From positions 31,992,001 to 32,056,000 of the forward strand of contig NC_086101.1 in NCBI RefSeq assembly GCF_963921235.1: DNA of 64,000 bases. The letters run 5' to 3'. This document shows, piece by piece, positions 1 to 12,105 of the stretch; the first letter of the stretch is position 1, and every line of letters starts with the position of its first letter. The position numbers and the translations under genes are program-made. The notes below the pieces were generated by a model. The model was not told where the DNA came from, ran no database searches, and was given only the letters and a program-made list of their open reading frames with translations. The stretch comes from Mobula hypostoma. Its lineage: Eukaryota.

Positions 1-1215
1 ATACTATGTATTCACCCCTCCCCGGAGATGTACAGATACTATATACTCACCCCTCCCTGGGGAATGTACAGATACTATATATTCACCCCTCCCTTGGGAA
101 TGTACAGATACTATGTATTCACCCCTTCCCGGGGATGTACAGATACTATATACTCACCCCTCCCCAGAGATGTACAGACACTATATATTCACCCCTCCCC
201 AGGGATGTGCAGATACTATATATTCACCCCTCCCTTGGGAATGTACAGATACTATGTATTCACCCCTCCCCGGAGATGTACAGATACTATATACTCACCC
301 CTCCCTGGGGAATGTACAGATACTATATATTCACCCCTCCCTTGGGAATGTACAGATACTATGTATTCACCCCTTCCCGGGGATGTACAGATACTATATA
401 CTCACCCCTCCCCAGAGATGTACAGACACTATATATTCACCCCTCCCCAGGGATGTGCAGATACTATATATTCACTCCTTCCCAGGGAATGTACAGATAC
501 TATATACTCACCCCTCCCTGGGGAATGTACAGATACCATATACTCACTCCTCCCTGGGGAATGTACAGATACTATATACTCACTCCTCCCCGGGGAATGT
601 ACAGATACTATATACTCACCCCTCCCTTGAGAATGTACAGATACTATATACTCACCCCTCCCTAGGGAATGTACAGATACTATATACTCACTCCTTCCTG
701 GGGAATGTACAGATACTATATACTCACCCCTCCCTTGGGAATGTACAGATACTATATACTCACCCCTCCCTGGGGAATGTACAGATACTATATACTCACT
801 CCTCCCAAGGGAATGTACAGATACTATATACTCACCCCTCCCTGGGGAATGTACAGATACTATATACTCACTCCTCCCAAGGGAATGTACAGATACTATA
901 TACTCGCCCTTCCCTGGGGGATGTACAGATACTATATACTCACCCCTCCCTTGAGAATGTACAGATACTATATACTCACCCCTCCCTAGGGAATGTACAG
1001 ATACTATATACTCACTCCTTCCTGGGGAATGTACAGATACTATATACTCACCCCTCCCTTGGGAATGTACAGATACTATATACTCACCCCTCCCTGGGGA
1101 ATGTACAGATACTATATACTCACTCCTCCCTGGGGAATGTACAGATACTATATACTCACTCCTCCCAAGGGAATGTACAGATACTATATACTCGCCCTTC
1201 CCTGGGGGATGTGCA
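1..1215 (+). repeat. 36-bp minisatellite (unit ~TGTACAGATACTATATACTCACCCCTCCCTGGGGAA), running off the window start
   Basis: Direct tandem periodicity. ORF 113..1258 repeats YTHPSLGNVQIL (12 aa = 36 nt). A 248-bp (7-unit) higher-order duplication is visible in the first ~480 bp (1 vs 249; 121 vs 369). Confidence 0.97.
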
Positions 1216-2342
1216 GATGCTATTAAAACGTGCCCGTGGTCCTCTGGGCCTTCGCTAAAGGAGGCTTTTGTGATACCCCCGGGGAATGGAGGAGACTGGG
1301 GACAGGATGACACGGTGCCCGGTAATGAGACAATGACACACTGGTTGCAGAATGGAGGGAAAACTGCTATAATGGGGGGAGCATGGAGACATAGCGGTAA
1401 AGGGGAGGTGACACGGTGCTTGCAGAGGAAGGGTGAACCAATTCCAGATTTTGTAGCAAGGTTTAAGCAGAAGTGGGGAGAGAGTGTTGGGACACCCTTA
1501 GAGGGGAATGGGCCCTTGGTCATCCAGACTTTGTTAAACTGCATGTGGCCGCTGCGAGCCCAAGTATATAAATTACAGAATCTACTTTGGACATATGGAT
1601 CGGGGGGGACTCTTTTCTCAGAAAACAAACGAGAGAGGGTTTAATGCCAGTAGGCCAGTACTCCCAAAGCAAAGGGTGCCCACCTCAGGGACGAGGTGGG
1701 GAAGGGGAGGGAATTCGGGGTTTCGAAGAAATCTCCCTGATTCCCAAAGCGACCAATGCTGTAGTTGTGGTGAGAAGTGACACTGGGCCCGAGATTGCCA
1801 AACTACATACCAAAATTGCGGGAAAGGGGCCAGTGGGCCTGGAACTGTCACCCCCGCCCCTTGCCGTCCCCCTCCCCAGGCTTCAGAGGATCAACAGTCG
1901 CCCACTTCCTCTTTTACTCATCAGCAATAGGGGTGCCACGGAGAACCGGTGGTGCAGGCAGCAGCCATCAGACTATCCAGAAGTATGAGAGAAGAGCCCA
2001 TGATGGTTGTAAAAACAGGAGATAGTGAGGGGTCTTGTCTGACTGATATGGAGCTACTCTGTCTTCTGTGCCCCCCCCACCCCCGCGGACGCGCAAGCGA
2101 AAGGACAGTTGATTAGCACCATCGGGATAGCCAGTGTCCCGATGACAGAAACCCTTTCGACCCCTCCCTCGCTGACAATAGATAACGTGGATGTTAGTGA
2201 TACCTGTATAATTTCTAAAGACAAGCCCCTCCCCTTGTTAGGCAGACAGACTCTATAAGTTAGCTGCGACTTTGTACTGTCGGCCTGATGGTATTTACGT
2301 GGATCTCTCGTAAATTTGCATCCCGCAAATGTTAAAGCTCAC
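1216..2342 (+). mobile_element. Endogenous retrovirus, degenerate gag C-terminal part and retropepsin protease (gamma/epsilon-like)
   Basis: Gag MHR-like CLQRKGEPIPDFVARFKQKW in ORF 1270..1644. Protease reads EEPMMVVKTGDSEGSCLTD(M)GATLSSV from ~1991, with a 1-nt deletion in the DTGA motif at 2045-2052. The second protease motif PLPLLGRQTL-KLAATLYCRPDGIYVD lies at ~2228-2305. Stops and frameshifts are present. Confidence 0.8.
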
Positions 2343-2623
2343 GGGAAGAAAAAGACCATTCAGCGGCTGGCCTGACAGTAGAGGCCATCTCCACGCTACT
2401 AGACCAACACCGCGTAGTGTTAGCGGCCGAATTTAAATTTTCGTGCAGCCTGCTGGAAACGAAACTTGATCAAATCCAACGCAAAGTGGAGGACCATGGC
2501 CATCGCTTACCCTCTCTCGAGCTTGCTATGGACGACCTGAGCCAGCGCATCAGTGAGCTGGAAAACATCTGCTCCAGCTTACTTGAAAACAATACCAAGC
2601 TAATGGCTAAAGTTACTAACTTG

Positions 2624-3261
2624 CAATGTTGGCCTTCATAACAAGGGGAGTTGAGTATAGGAGCAAAGAGGTCCTTCTGCAGTTGTACAGGGCCCTGGTG
2701 AGACCACATCTGGAGTATTGTGTACAGTTTTGGTCTCCAAATTTGAGGGAGGACATTCTTGCTACTGAGGGAGTGCAGCGTAGGTTCACTGGGTTAATTC
2801 CCGGGATGGCGGGACTGTCATATGTTGAAAGATTGGGGGGACTGGGCTTGTATACACTGGAATTTAGAAAGATGAGAGGGGATCTGACTGAAACATACAA
2901 GATTATTAAGGGATTGGACACGCTAGAGGCAGGAAACATGTTCCCGATGTTTGGGGAGTCCAGAGCCAGAGGCCACAGTTTAAGAATAAGGGGTAGACCA
3001 TTCAGAACAGAGTTGAGGAAAAACTTTTTCACACAGAGGGTTGTGGTTCTGTGGAATGCTCTGCCTCAGAAGGCAGAGGAGGCCAATTCTCTGGATGCTT
3101 TCAAGAAAGAGTTAGATGGAGCTCTTAAACATAGCGGAGTGAGGGATATGGGGATAAGGCAGGAACGGGGTACTGATTGTGGATGATCAGCCATGATCAC
3201 AGTGAATTGCGATGCTGGCTCGAAGGGCCGAATGGCCTACTCCTGCACCTATTGTCTATTG
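2624..3261 (+). mobile_element. CR1-type LINE 3' fragment inserted into L1 ORF1
   Basis: ORF 2626..3186 has LYRALVRPHLEYCVQFWSP and FFTQRVV, the CR1 ORF2 C-terminus. The 3' tail is CCTATTGTCTATTG, with TTG at both junctions. Confidence 0.93.
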
Positions 3262-3492
3262 GAGGACCGGAGCAGACGGCAGAACCTACGCATCCCTGGC
3301 CTGCCCGAATCCATTGAAGGCAGACGTCCTACTGAATTTTTTTTCCAGTCTGCTTTGCAAGATCTTTGGGAAGGAGACGCTCCCATCCCTGCCAGAGATT
3401 GATAGAGCCCACCATTCACTAGCAGCTAAACCAGCCCCAGGACAGAGATCATGCCCGGTTATTCTTCGACTTCGCCACTACCAGATTAAAGA

Positions 3493-4101
3493 CAAAATAA
3501 TCTATCTGCAGATGCTAGGATCAAAGCAATACTCACAACACGCTGGAGGAACTCAGCAGGTCGGGCAGCATCCGTGGAAACGATTAGTCGACGTTTCGGG
3601 CCGGAACCCTTAGTCAGGACTGTAGAGGGAAGGGGCAGAGGCCCTATAAAGAAGGTGGGGGGAGGGTGGGAAGGAGAAGGCTGGTAGGTTCCAGGTGAAA
3701 AACCAGTAAGGGGAAAGATAAAGGGGTGGGGGAGGGGAAAGGCAGGAAAGGTGAAGAAGGAATAGGGGAAAACACACTGGGTAGTAGAAGGAGGCGGAAC
3801 CATGAGGGAGGTGATAGGCAGCTGAGGGAGAGGGCAGAGTGACATAGGGATAGGGGAAGGGAGGGGGAGGGAATTACCGGAAGTTGGAGAATTCTATGTT
3901 CATACCAAGGGGCTGGAGACTACCTAGATGGTATATGAGGTGTTCTCCTCCAACCTGAGTTTAGCCTCATCATGGCAGTAGAGGAGGCCATGTATGGACA
4001 TATCTGAATGGGAGTGGGAAGCAGAGTTGAAGTGGGTGGCAACCGGGAGATCCTGCCTGTTGTGGCAGACGGAGCTGAGGTGCTCGACGAAGCGATTAAA
4101 G
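3493..4101 (-). mobile_element. Penelope-like element 3' fragment inserted into L1 ORF1
   Basis: The minus strand encodes the GIY-YIG C-terminus (LGSLQPLGMNIEFSNFR), also seen in the 37161..37628 copy. 13-bp TSD ACCAGATTAAAGA at 3480-3492 and 4102-4114. Confidence 0.88.
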
Positions 4102-5054
4102 ACCAGATTAAAGATCTCCTGGTTAGGGAGGCCCGGCGCAGAGGGAAGTTAGAATACCACGGCCAGCAGATTCAGGTTGTGGAGGACTACTCTCCCGAAG
4201 TTTTGAGCCTCCGAGCCCAGTACAGAGAAGTAATGACGGAGCTATACAACCGAGGATTCAGGCCTTCCCTTCTATATCCTGCACGGCTCCGCATTACACT
4301 TCCCAGCGGAGACAAGAAGTGGCTACGCTCGGTAGATGAAGCACGAAAATACATCGATAGCCTCCCCACTACACTGAATTCTTCATAAGATATTTTTATC
4401 CCATAGCCTCTGCCAGGTAACGTTAGCAGTACATGGATGGTGAGCTCTGGTCTGACTTGGCTGGGTTAGGTACTGACTACCACGATAGGTGGAATAATAT
4501 TCATTCAGTCTGCTCTCGAGAGGGAGAGTATTATTTATTTTATACTCTCGAGAATTTCCTTTTACCTTCAATCCAGTGAACTCTACAACCTTTCGTGGGA
4601 AGAGCACTGGGTAAACTCTGCTTATTTTTTTCAAATATCAGTCTATATTTCTGTTTTATGGTTCAATTTGTAGAGCCATGTTTAATAAACCTTGGGGGAA
4701 TTGTTTTATCTCTCACTAAGCACATTGTCAGTTTAGGAGTGTTGAATGTTTACTGTTTAACTAACAGTGACAGAGTTTAAGATGACGCTACCAGTGACAG
4801 GAAGTTGTACTGTTGGATGATCATTGGTCTTAAGAGCTTGCTGCTCTGCTCTCTGGCAGCTGTCTTGTTGTGGGTTGGGGGGGTGGGGGGAGGGTATTCC
4901 AATGCAGGTACTATTTTAAGAACCCTCAGAAGTCTTTGTTATACAGGATTTATTTCTGCCCTGTTTCTCTTTGTATTACACTTTTGCCTTAGAACTGATA
5001 CCCGAAAATGTGACACCAATTATGCCTATCAACCTGTATCCTTTTTAAAGGAGA

Positions 5055-8000
5055 ATGGTTGGTCCGTTAAATTTTGTGAACTGGAATGTCAAGGGGTTGA
5101 ATCACCCTGTTAAAAGAAGGAAGGCATTCTCACATCTCAAACATTTAATACAGCAATTGCATTTCTACAAGAAACACACATTCGCAGTTCTGACAATTCC
5201 CATCTTATGTCACGATGGGTGGGAAAGCAATTCCACTCCACTTTTCAGGCTAAAGCCAGGGGGAGGTCTCAATTCTCATAAATCAAAATGTCCCCTTTGA
5301 ACTCCACAACAAAATATCAGATACAAACGGCTGTTTTGTCATTGTCTCGGGGAAAATTATATAGCACACTGGTAGTGTTGGCTAACATATACGCTCCTAA
5401 CTCAGATGATGTGGACTTCTTTGAATGTTTTTTCTTTGCGCTGCCTGATTTGAGTTCATACTCTCTCATACTAGGTGGAGACTTCAACTGTTGGTTAGAT
5501 CCAGTGCTGGATCGATCATCTCCTATTCCCAGAGTACAGAGCAAATCTGCTTCATTAATTCAGTCCTTCCTCTCCAACTACGGCATCTCTGATGTATGGC
5601 GCTTTCTCCACCCAAATAAGAGAGAATATTCTTTCTTCTCACACATCCATCACACATTTTCTAGAAGTGACTACTTTCTAATTGATAACCAGATGATTCC
5701 ATGTTCCTGTGTTTATCAGAGAATAGTGATATCAGACCACACTCCGGTTGTCCTGTCTATAACTCTTCCTGGCCTTCCTCAAACAAATAAGCATTGGCGT
5801 TTTAATTCGACCTTACTGTCAGATAGTGACTTTGTAAAATTTATGGAGGACCAGATAATCTTTTTCCTTAATACTAACACGTCACCTGAAACCTCAAGCC
5901 AGGTTGCTTGGGATGCTCTGAAAGCATACCTCAGGGGTCAAGTTATTTCCTACACCGCAAATATGAAAAGAAAGAACCACAAAGAACGTCTTGACCTGGC
6001 CAATCAAATTAAAGAAATAGACCAACAATATGCTCAAACTAAAAATCCAGAGCTGTACAAAAAATGAGTGGAAATCCAAACTAAATTTGACCTTATTTCC
6101 ACTCATCCAATTGAACGCCAAATCTTGAAGAGCAAGTGCCAGTTCTATATTCATGGTGACAAATCTGGTAAATTTTTAGCCAACTAATTAAGGGGCTTCA
6201 AAGCCAAACAACACATCACAAAAATTCAAATGGAAAACGGAAGCATCACCTCGAATCACTCTGAAATCAACGACACATTCAGGAATTTTTACTCCCAACT
6301 TTACACCTCTGAATCCCCAAATGATCACATTTTGGTCGAGGATTTTTTAAATAGCTTAAATATCCCTACACTCTCTCTAGATCTCAAAATGAGACTGAAT
6401 GAGCCAACATCATTAGAGGAAATATCCTCAGCCATCTCGTTACTGCAGACTGGTAAATCTCCAGGACCCGATGGGTTCCCTGTAGAATTCTTTAAATCAT
6501 TTTCATCACTGCTCTCACCTCAACGAACCTTGGTTTTATCTGATTCATTTAAACAAGGTAAACTGCCAGCATCATTTAACGAAGCATGCATCATTCTTCT
6601 AGCGAAAAGAGGCAGAGATCCAACAGAATGCTCATCATACAGGCCAATCTCTCTGTTAAATGTCGATGTCAAAATCTTAGCTAAAGTTCTGGCCCGTAGA
6701 TTGGAGAACATCCTACCCTCTATTATTTCTGAAGACCAAAAAGGTCTTGTCAAAAACCGCCTCCCTTTTTTAACATACGCTGTCTTTTAAATATCTTATA
6801 CTCACCTTCAGTTGGGATTCCTGAATGTGTTATCTCCTTAGACACAGAGAAAGCGTTCGACCGTGTGGAATGGAATTACCTCTTTGCTGTTTAAAAAAAT
6901 TTGATTTTGGACCAAGTTTCATCACGTGGATTAAACTGTTATATTCGTGTCCCACTGCCTCTGTTTTGACCAACTCTCAGCAATCCCAACCTTTCAACCT
7001 CAAACGTGGAACCCGCCAAGGGCGCCCCTTTAAGCCCTTTACTTTTCGATCTGGCCATAGAGCCACTGTGTGGATCTGACGGGGATTTAGCGGGAGGGAG
7101 TTGAGCACAAAGTCTCCCTTTATGCTGACAATCTTTTACTTTTTATATAATGCCCAATCACCCCCTTACCCCCCATGCTCTCACTCTTTAACAAATTTAG
7201 CCAGTTTTCAGGATACAATCTTAACTTACACAAGAGCAAACTTTTTTCAATAAATGGAGAAGCACAAGCATCAGAGTTCCAGAACCTCCCTTTTAAGGCA
7301 GTGAATAACCAATTTACATACCTCGGCATCACAGTAACAAGGAAATATAAGCGTCCCTTTGGAGAAAATTTCATTAAGCTGTTAAATCATACAAAACAGA
7401 GTCTAGCACGGTGGTCACCACTGTCCATGTCCCTGATGGGCCAAATCAATGTTGTCAAAATGAACATCCTTCCTAAATTCTTGTACCTTTCTCAATCCAT
7501 ACCAACTTTCATTCCCAAAGCCTTCTTTGACTTGCTAGACTCAGTCATATCGTCCTACTTACGGAAGGGCAAGCGTCCCTGACTGTATAAAGCCCATCTT
7601 CAAAAATCTAAAAGTGTTGGGGGCACGGCTTTGCCCAATTTTCGCTTATATTACTGGGCAGCTAATATACGTTACCTCATCTTTTGGTCTCATTTCTACA
7701 ATCAATCTGACTGCCCAATATGGGTGGCAATGGAGCCCATTCTATTAAGAATTTCTCCATCTCCGCACTTCTTGGATCCGCACTCCCTTTTCTTACTCTT
7801 AAACCAATTGTTAATCCTGTTATCAGACACACCCTGAGAGTATGGGCCCAGTTCAGGAAGCATAGTGGTCTCCATGGCTTCTCTCTTTCAAGTCCTATTC
7901 TATATAATCATCTCTTCAAGCCTTCTATACATGATCCAACATTTCAAGACTGGTACAGAAAGGGCATCAGGCGCTTTAAAGATCTTTTTATAGACAACTG

Positions 8001-8830
8001 CTTTGCATCATTTGCACAACTGTCTGCAGAGTTTAACCTACCCAACACTCAGATATTTGCAAATTAGACATTTTATCAGCCCTCTGATACCAAACTTCCC
8101 TGAGGCACCCAACACAAACGTCACTGATATGTTTCTCTGCATGAATTCATTGCTCAAAGGTCTAATATTTACTATTTGCGACAAGCTAGTGGTTCTGAGG
8201 CGAGCTCCCTTGACAAAATTAAAACTGCTAGGGAGCAAGATTTAAATTTTTCACTGTCAGACGATGTATGGGATTCAGTTCTCAAGTTAGTTAACTCAAC
8301 CTCTTTATGTGCCCGCCACTGCCTGTTACAGTTCAAGGTCGTACACAGGGCCCATATGTCTAAAACTAAATTATCTCGCATTTACTCAGATGTTAATCCC
8401 TGCTGCGAAAAAATGCGAAAGGAGCAAGGCTTCCCTTATTCACATGTACTGGACGTGCCCTAGCTTGGAAAAATATTGGAAAGATGTTTTCCAAACTCTA
8501 TCCCAAATACTTAATTATAATTTGGAACCTAACCCTTTGATTGCTCTTTTGGGCACCCCCGGAGAGGGGGCACACACCTAAGTCCGACCAAACGTTGCAC
8601 ACTGTCTTTTGGCCAGGTGTGCAGTCTTGCTCAGGTGGAGGGATGCTGCTCCGCCCACCCACGCTCACTGGCTCAGGGACATCATTTCCAGTCTATACTT
8701 TGAGAAGATCCATTATTCAATTCTCAACTCGGACATAAAGTTCCAAAAGGTGTGGGGACCCTTTCTTGAATATTTTCATAATGCCAGCCAAACTAAAGGC
8801 CCATCCTTTCTTCCTTTCCTCTGCACATAA
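5055..8830 (+). pseudogene. LINE-1 ORF2p (APE endonuclease, reverse transcriptase, Cys-rich tail), multiply frameshifted
   Basis: NWNVKGLNHPVKR, ILGGDFN, SRSDYF and ISDH (APE). KSPGPDGF, YRPISLLNVDVKILAK, GTRQG and YADN at ~7121 (RT). HMYWTCP and KVWGPF (C-terminus). Confidence 0.95.
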
Positions 8831-9179
8831 CTCCCTGACTTCCAGCATTCTCCGGTAAAATTCTACGGACTCAGACGTGTAAACATACAATGTTTGTGTG
8901 TTAGGAAAATACACCTTCTCTATACCAATGCAGCTCTGTGGGGACAAAGGTTCTGTTTAAGCCTTCTTGCTAACGCAATGATGGCTTGGAGACAGGGATT
9001 GGGATTGGAAGGGGTGGGTTAGGGCAGGGAGACAACTAAAGCATGATTGTACTATGGGTGCATCTCTTTCACAGATGTGAATTGTACATTTGTTATGTAC
9101 TGCACAAACCCCCTTTGTACGATGCTTTCTTTATTTTAAAAAACCAATGAAAATATTGCTGAGAAAAAAAAAAGCTCAC

Positions 9180-9820
9180 TGGAGGAGTGAATGATTGTTG
9201 TGATACTCTGGTATCGTACTGCTGGCAACTGGATTGCAACCCTTATTCCCCCCTCGTACAATAACCATGCACAGCCCTGGGGGATTCCTCTGACTTGCAA
9301 GGACAGTATTTGCAATAGCTCCTGGAAACCGGCCGGGAAAGCAAGATGTTTCACTGCACTGCTTTGTACGGGCAGGGCGCAGATCCCACCTACGATGAGC
9401 AGGCAGCCCCCTGTGTTGGAGACACGGAGACCTTGAGAACCGGGACCCTTCTGTTCTTCAGCCCCGAAGGGCTGGGATTAGCAGTAGAACTAAACAACCA
9501 ACAGTGAGACCGATAGAAAACAGGGGCTTTCTCACAGGGAACCTGCAGACCCCCACCTCACAGTGGCTGTTAGCACTGCCCCCCCTCGCTAAACCAAAGC
9601 GCATTGGATCTATGGTGCACCATCTGTCACAAATTTCACACCCAGCTCATACAATCTCTGTTTTAATCCCAGGTGTGGCTATGCTCATCTTTGACAGGCA
9701 GACAGAAAGGATTACCGTAAAACCTTGGATGTTAAAGGCATTATTCCAGTGACAGCGCCCGCCCCACCAGGCCCCCTAGTTTATCCAAAAGCTCTTGCCG
9801 GCGTTAACACCGGGCTGTTA
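9180..9820 (+). mobile_element. Continuation of the ERV pol after the L1 insertion; 2H-phosphoesterase-like segment before the missing RT
   Basis: Resumes exactly after the L1 TSD. Encodes FHCTALY (His 9352) and, after one frameshift, PHLTVAVS (His 9554) then KPKRIGSMV. Ends in PKALAGVNTGLL, resembling the pre-RT linker. Confidence 0.65.
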
Positions 9821-10455
9821 TCCCCATCCCCTACAATCCCCACAGTTTCCCCCTCCCCCACCCACAATTCCCAGTTGTCCCATCCCCCCCTCAGTTACCC
9901 CATCCCGTCCCCCAATCCCCACAGTTAACCCATCCCATACCCCAGCATTCCCCAGTTACCCCTGTCCCCTCCACAATCCCGTTACCCCCATCCCCCCACA
10001 ATCCTGTTATCCCATCCCAATCTCCAATTACCGCCATCCCCCCAATACCCACAGTTACTCCCATCCCCCACAATCGCCAGTTACAACTGTCCCCCAATCC
10101 CCACAGTTACTCTTGTTTTCCCAATCCCCAGTTACACCCATCTCCCCAAAATCCCCAGTTACACCCGCGCCCCCCACAATCCCCAGTTTCCTCATCCCCC
10201 CCACAATCCCCACAGTTGCCCGTCCCATCCCCCCATAATCCCCAGTTACCCTTCCCCCAATCCCCACAGTTACCCCCCCAATTCTCAGCTACTCCGTCCT
10301 TCCCACAATCCCCAGTCACACCTACCCTCCACAATTGCCACAGTCACCCCTATCCCCCCCACAGTCACCCTGTTCCCCCTCCCCTCCACAATCCCTCCCA
10401 TTGCTCCCCATTACACCCATCATACCCGGTCCCTCCCATCACCCCCCCCCACGTC
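9821..10455. repeat. C-rich low-complexity degenerate repeat (CCCCACAATCCCCAGTTAC-like) in the class I intron
   Basis: Composition, and Pro-rich spurious ORFs. Confidence 0.85.
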
Positions 10456-10468
10456 GTTCACCACTCAC

Positions 10469-10729
10469 CCCCTGTCTGGTTGGTCCGGCTCATGGCGATT
10501 GGGATGTTGGCCTTGAACCACTGATCCCATTCCTGATAGATCTGTGTGTTCCGCTCCCAGTAGTCGTCTCCCTGACTCTCCGCCATCCACTGCTGACGGG
10601 GCACCGCCTTCCCCAACTCACTGTCGTAGTAAACGATTGGCTCTTCATCCACGTACCCGACTGTCATTATCTCAGGGACTCCCGACCCCGGAGTCACCCC
10701 CGTGAAGAAATAACGGAGAGAGTGAGAGC
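10469..10729 (-). CDS. MHC class I heavy chain alpha-1 exon (exon 2), classical (UAA)-like
   Basis: 261 nt, acceptor ttccAG at 10731-10730, donor GTGAGT from 10468, phase 1/1. Translation (G)SHSLRYFFTGVTPGSGVPEIMTVGYVDEEPIVYYDSELGKAVPRQQWMAESQGDDYWERNTQIYQEWDQWFKANIPIAMSRTNQTG, no stops. Y7, YVD, YW59 and R84-T-N-Q-T are present. The lineage call is inference. Confidence 0.95.
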
Positions 10730-11103
10730 CTGGAATCGGAGCGTAGAGTTAGAGAGGCTGGGAGTCCAGATTGCAAGGAGAACCCATATCTGAAATCAGC
10801 ACCCTGAGACCCAAGTCCCTGGAGTCCACCCCCATCTTCCCCTGAGAGAATCAGGGTCCCAGAACCCGAGAATCAGGACTGACCCCTCACCCCAAGGGGA
10901 ACATTCAAAGCAGAGACAGGATCTAACTGTCCGAGACATTCTCCATTGATGGTCAGGACGTCGCTCAGTCGACAGAACCAGAGGCAACAGTGGGACAGGA
11001 GGAATTTGTGGGATCACTGATGGAGGAAAGCAATGGGAAGGGTAGGCAAAGAGGGAGCAGCCATTCTACGAGATAACATTTGGCCTTTAGTGAAGGGATT
11101 GGA

Positions 11104-11350
11104 CGGTAATGTAGTGGTTAGCATAGCACTTTATAGCGTCAAGGATCTGGGTTCAATTCCAGCTAAACTCTGCAAGGAGTTTGTACATTCTGCACATGAA
11201 TGTTTGAGTTTCATCCAGGAGCTCCGGTTTCCTCCCACATGACACAGACGTACGGGTTATACGTTTGGGCATGGTATGCTACTTGCGCACAAAGGAATTT
11301 AAACTGCGCACAAAGGGTTGTCACCCTCGACCTCGTTGCCATGTTAAGTA
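11104..11350 (+). mobile_element. tRNA-derived SINE (HE1/V-SINE-like)
   Basis: A-box-like GTAGTGGTTAGC, B-box-like GGTTCAATTCC, and core GCTCCGGTTTCCTCCCACA shared with the copy at ~61.3 kb. Confidence 0.7.
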
Positions 11351-12105
11351 TATTTCACAATCATACACAATCACTTTTCCTTTTCCAGTTTCTGATGTGA
11401 ACAGTGTTGACAACCTGGTGTTTGTGACGACTTGCCCGCAGATTTCAGAACTGGCTATTGCATATGAGAAATAAAACACAATGATGTGTATTATTTTATT
11501 TCTTTTAAACAAAAAACCGAACTCAGTAATTTATTATCCTCAGAATAGCTTCAGGTTTACTTCCACTGAAAAATTCACTGTGCGCATGTTATTGTCACAG
11601 GGCAAAAACATGCCCAGCACAAGGTTTTTGAGCTCACTGGTCATTACAAATCAGAGGGGACACTGACCAGAAGCAAAGTAACACTTGCAGGCTGCCCCCA
11701 AAACATCCTCAGATTGTGTTGATCAATGAGGCAAATGACACATTTCACAGATGTTTCGATGGACTGTGATGTGACAACTGGAGCAAACACTCACCTGTTC
11801 TTTTAGGTGACTATTTTCACTCCACAGAGGGGAGACGGGGGAGCTGAGGACATTGGTCTGTCCCTCCTGCAGGAGGTGGGAGTAGAGACATTTCCACCCA
11901 CCACTAACACTACAGGACATGTGTCCAGCCACAGCTCATGGCAGAACACACAGAGCTGCTGGACTCTGGGGCAGTTTAGATGCACAGAATCCAGTAAAAG
12001 GTCCACTTAGTGATCTGGTCACATCACAGGTCCAGGAGGAGGTGGTGGGTGACACCAGCTAGGACAGTAAGGACAGGCAGGTTGTGTCTGGGACTCTCAG
12101 TGGTC

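Larger units (their letters stand above)
2343..4388 (+). pseudogene. LINE-1 ORF1p (coiled coil, RRM, CTD), interrupted by two insertions
   Basis: Removing the inserts joins KVTNL|EDRSRRQNLRIPGLPESIEG and RLRHYQIKD|LLVREARRRGKLEY...LLYPARLRI, typical L1 ORF1 motifs. Confidence 0.9.
2343..9170 (+). mobile_element. Near full-length, slightly 5'-truncated, degenerate LINE-1 (fish-type) with ORF1, long spacer, ORF2, 3'UTR and poly(A)
   Basis: ORF1 and ORF2 motifs below; A-tail at ~9164-9173; target-site duplication AAAGCTCAC at 2334-2342 and 9171-9179. Confidence 0.92.

Noticed and set aside
1900-2030. Gag CCHC zinc knuckle or a readthrough stop before the protease
   Set aside because: No C-x2-C-x4-H-x4-C in any frame, and the TAG TGA at 2023-2028 is not in the protease frame.
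10891-10939. Possible class I leader exon MSRTVRSCLCFECSPW|G (phase-1 donor GTGAGG at 10890)
   Set aside because: The phase fits, but there is no hydrophobic core, so it is not signal-peptide-like. Needs RNA evidence.
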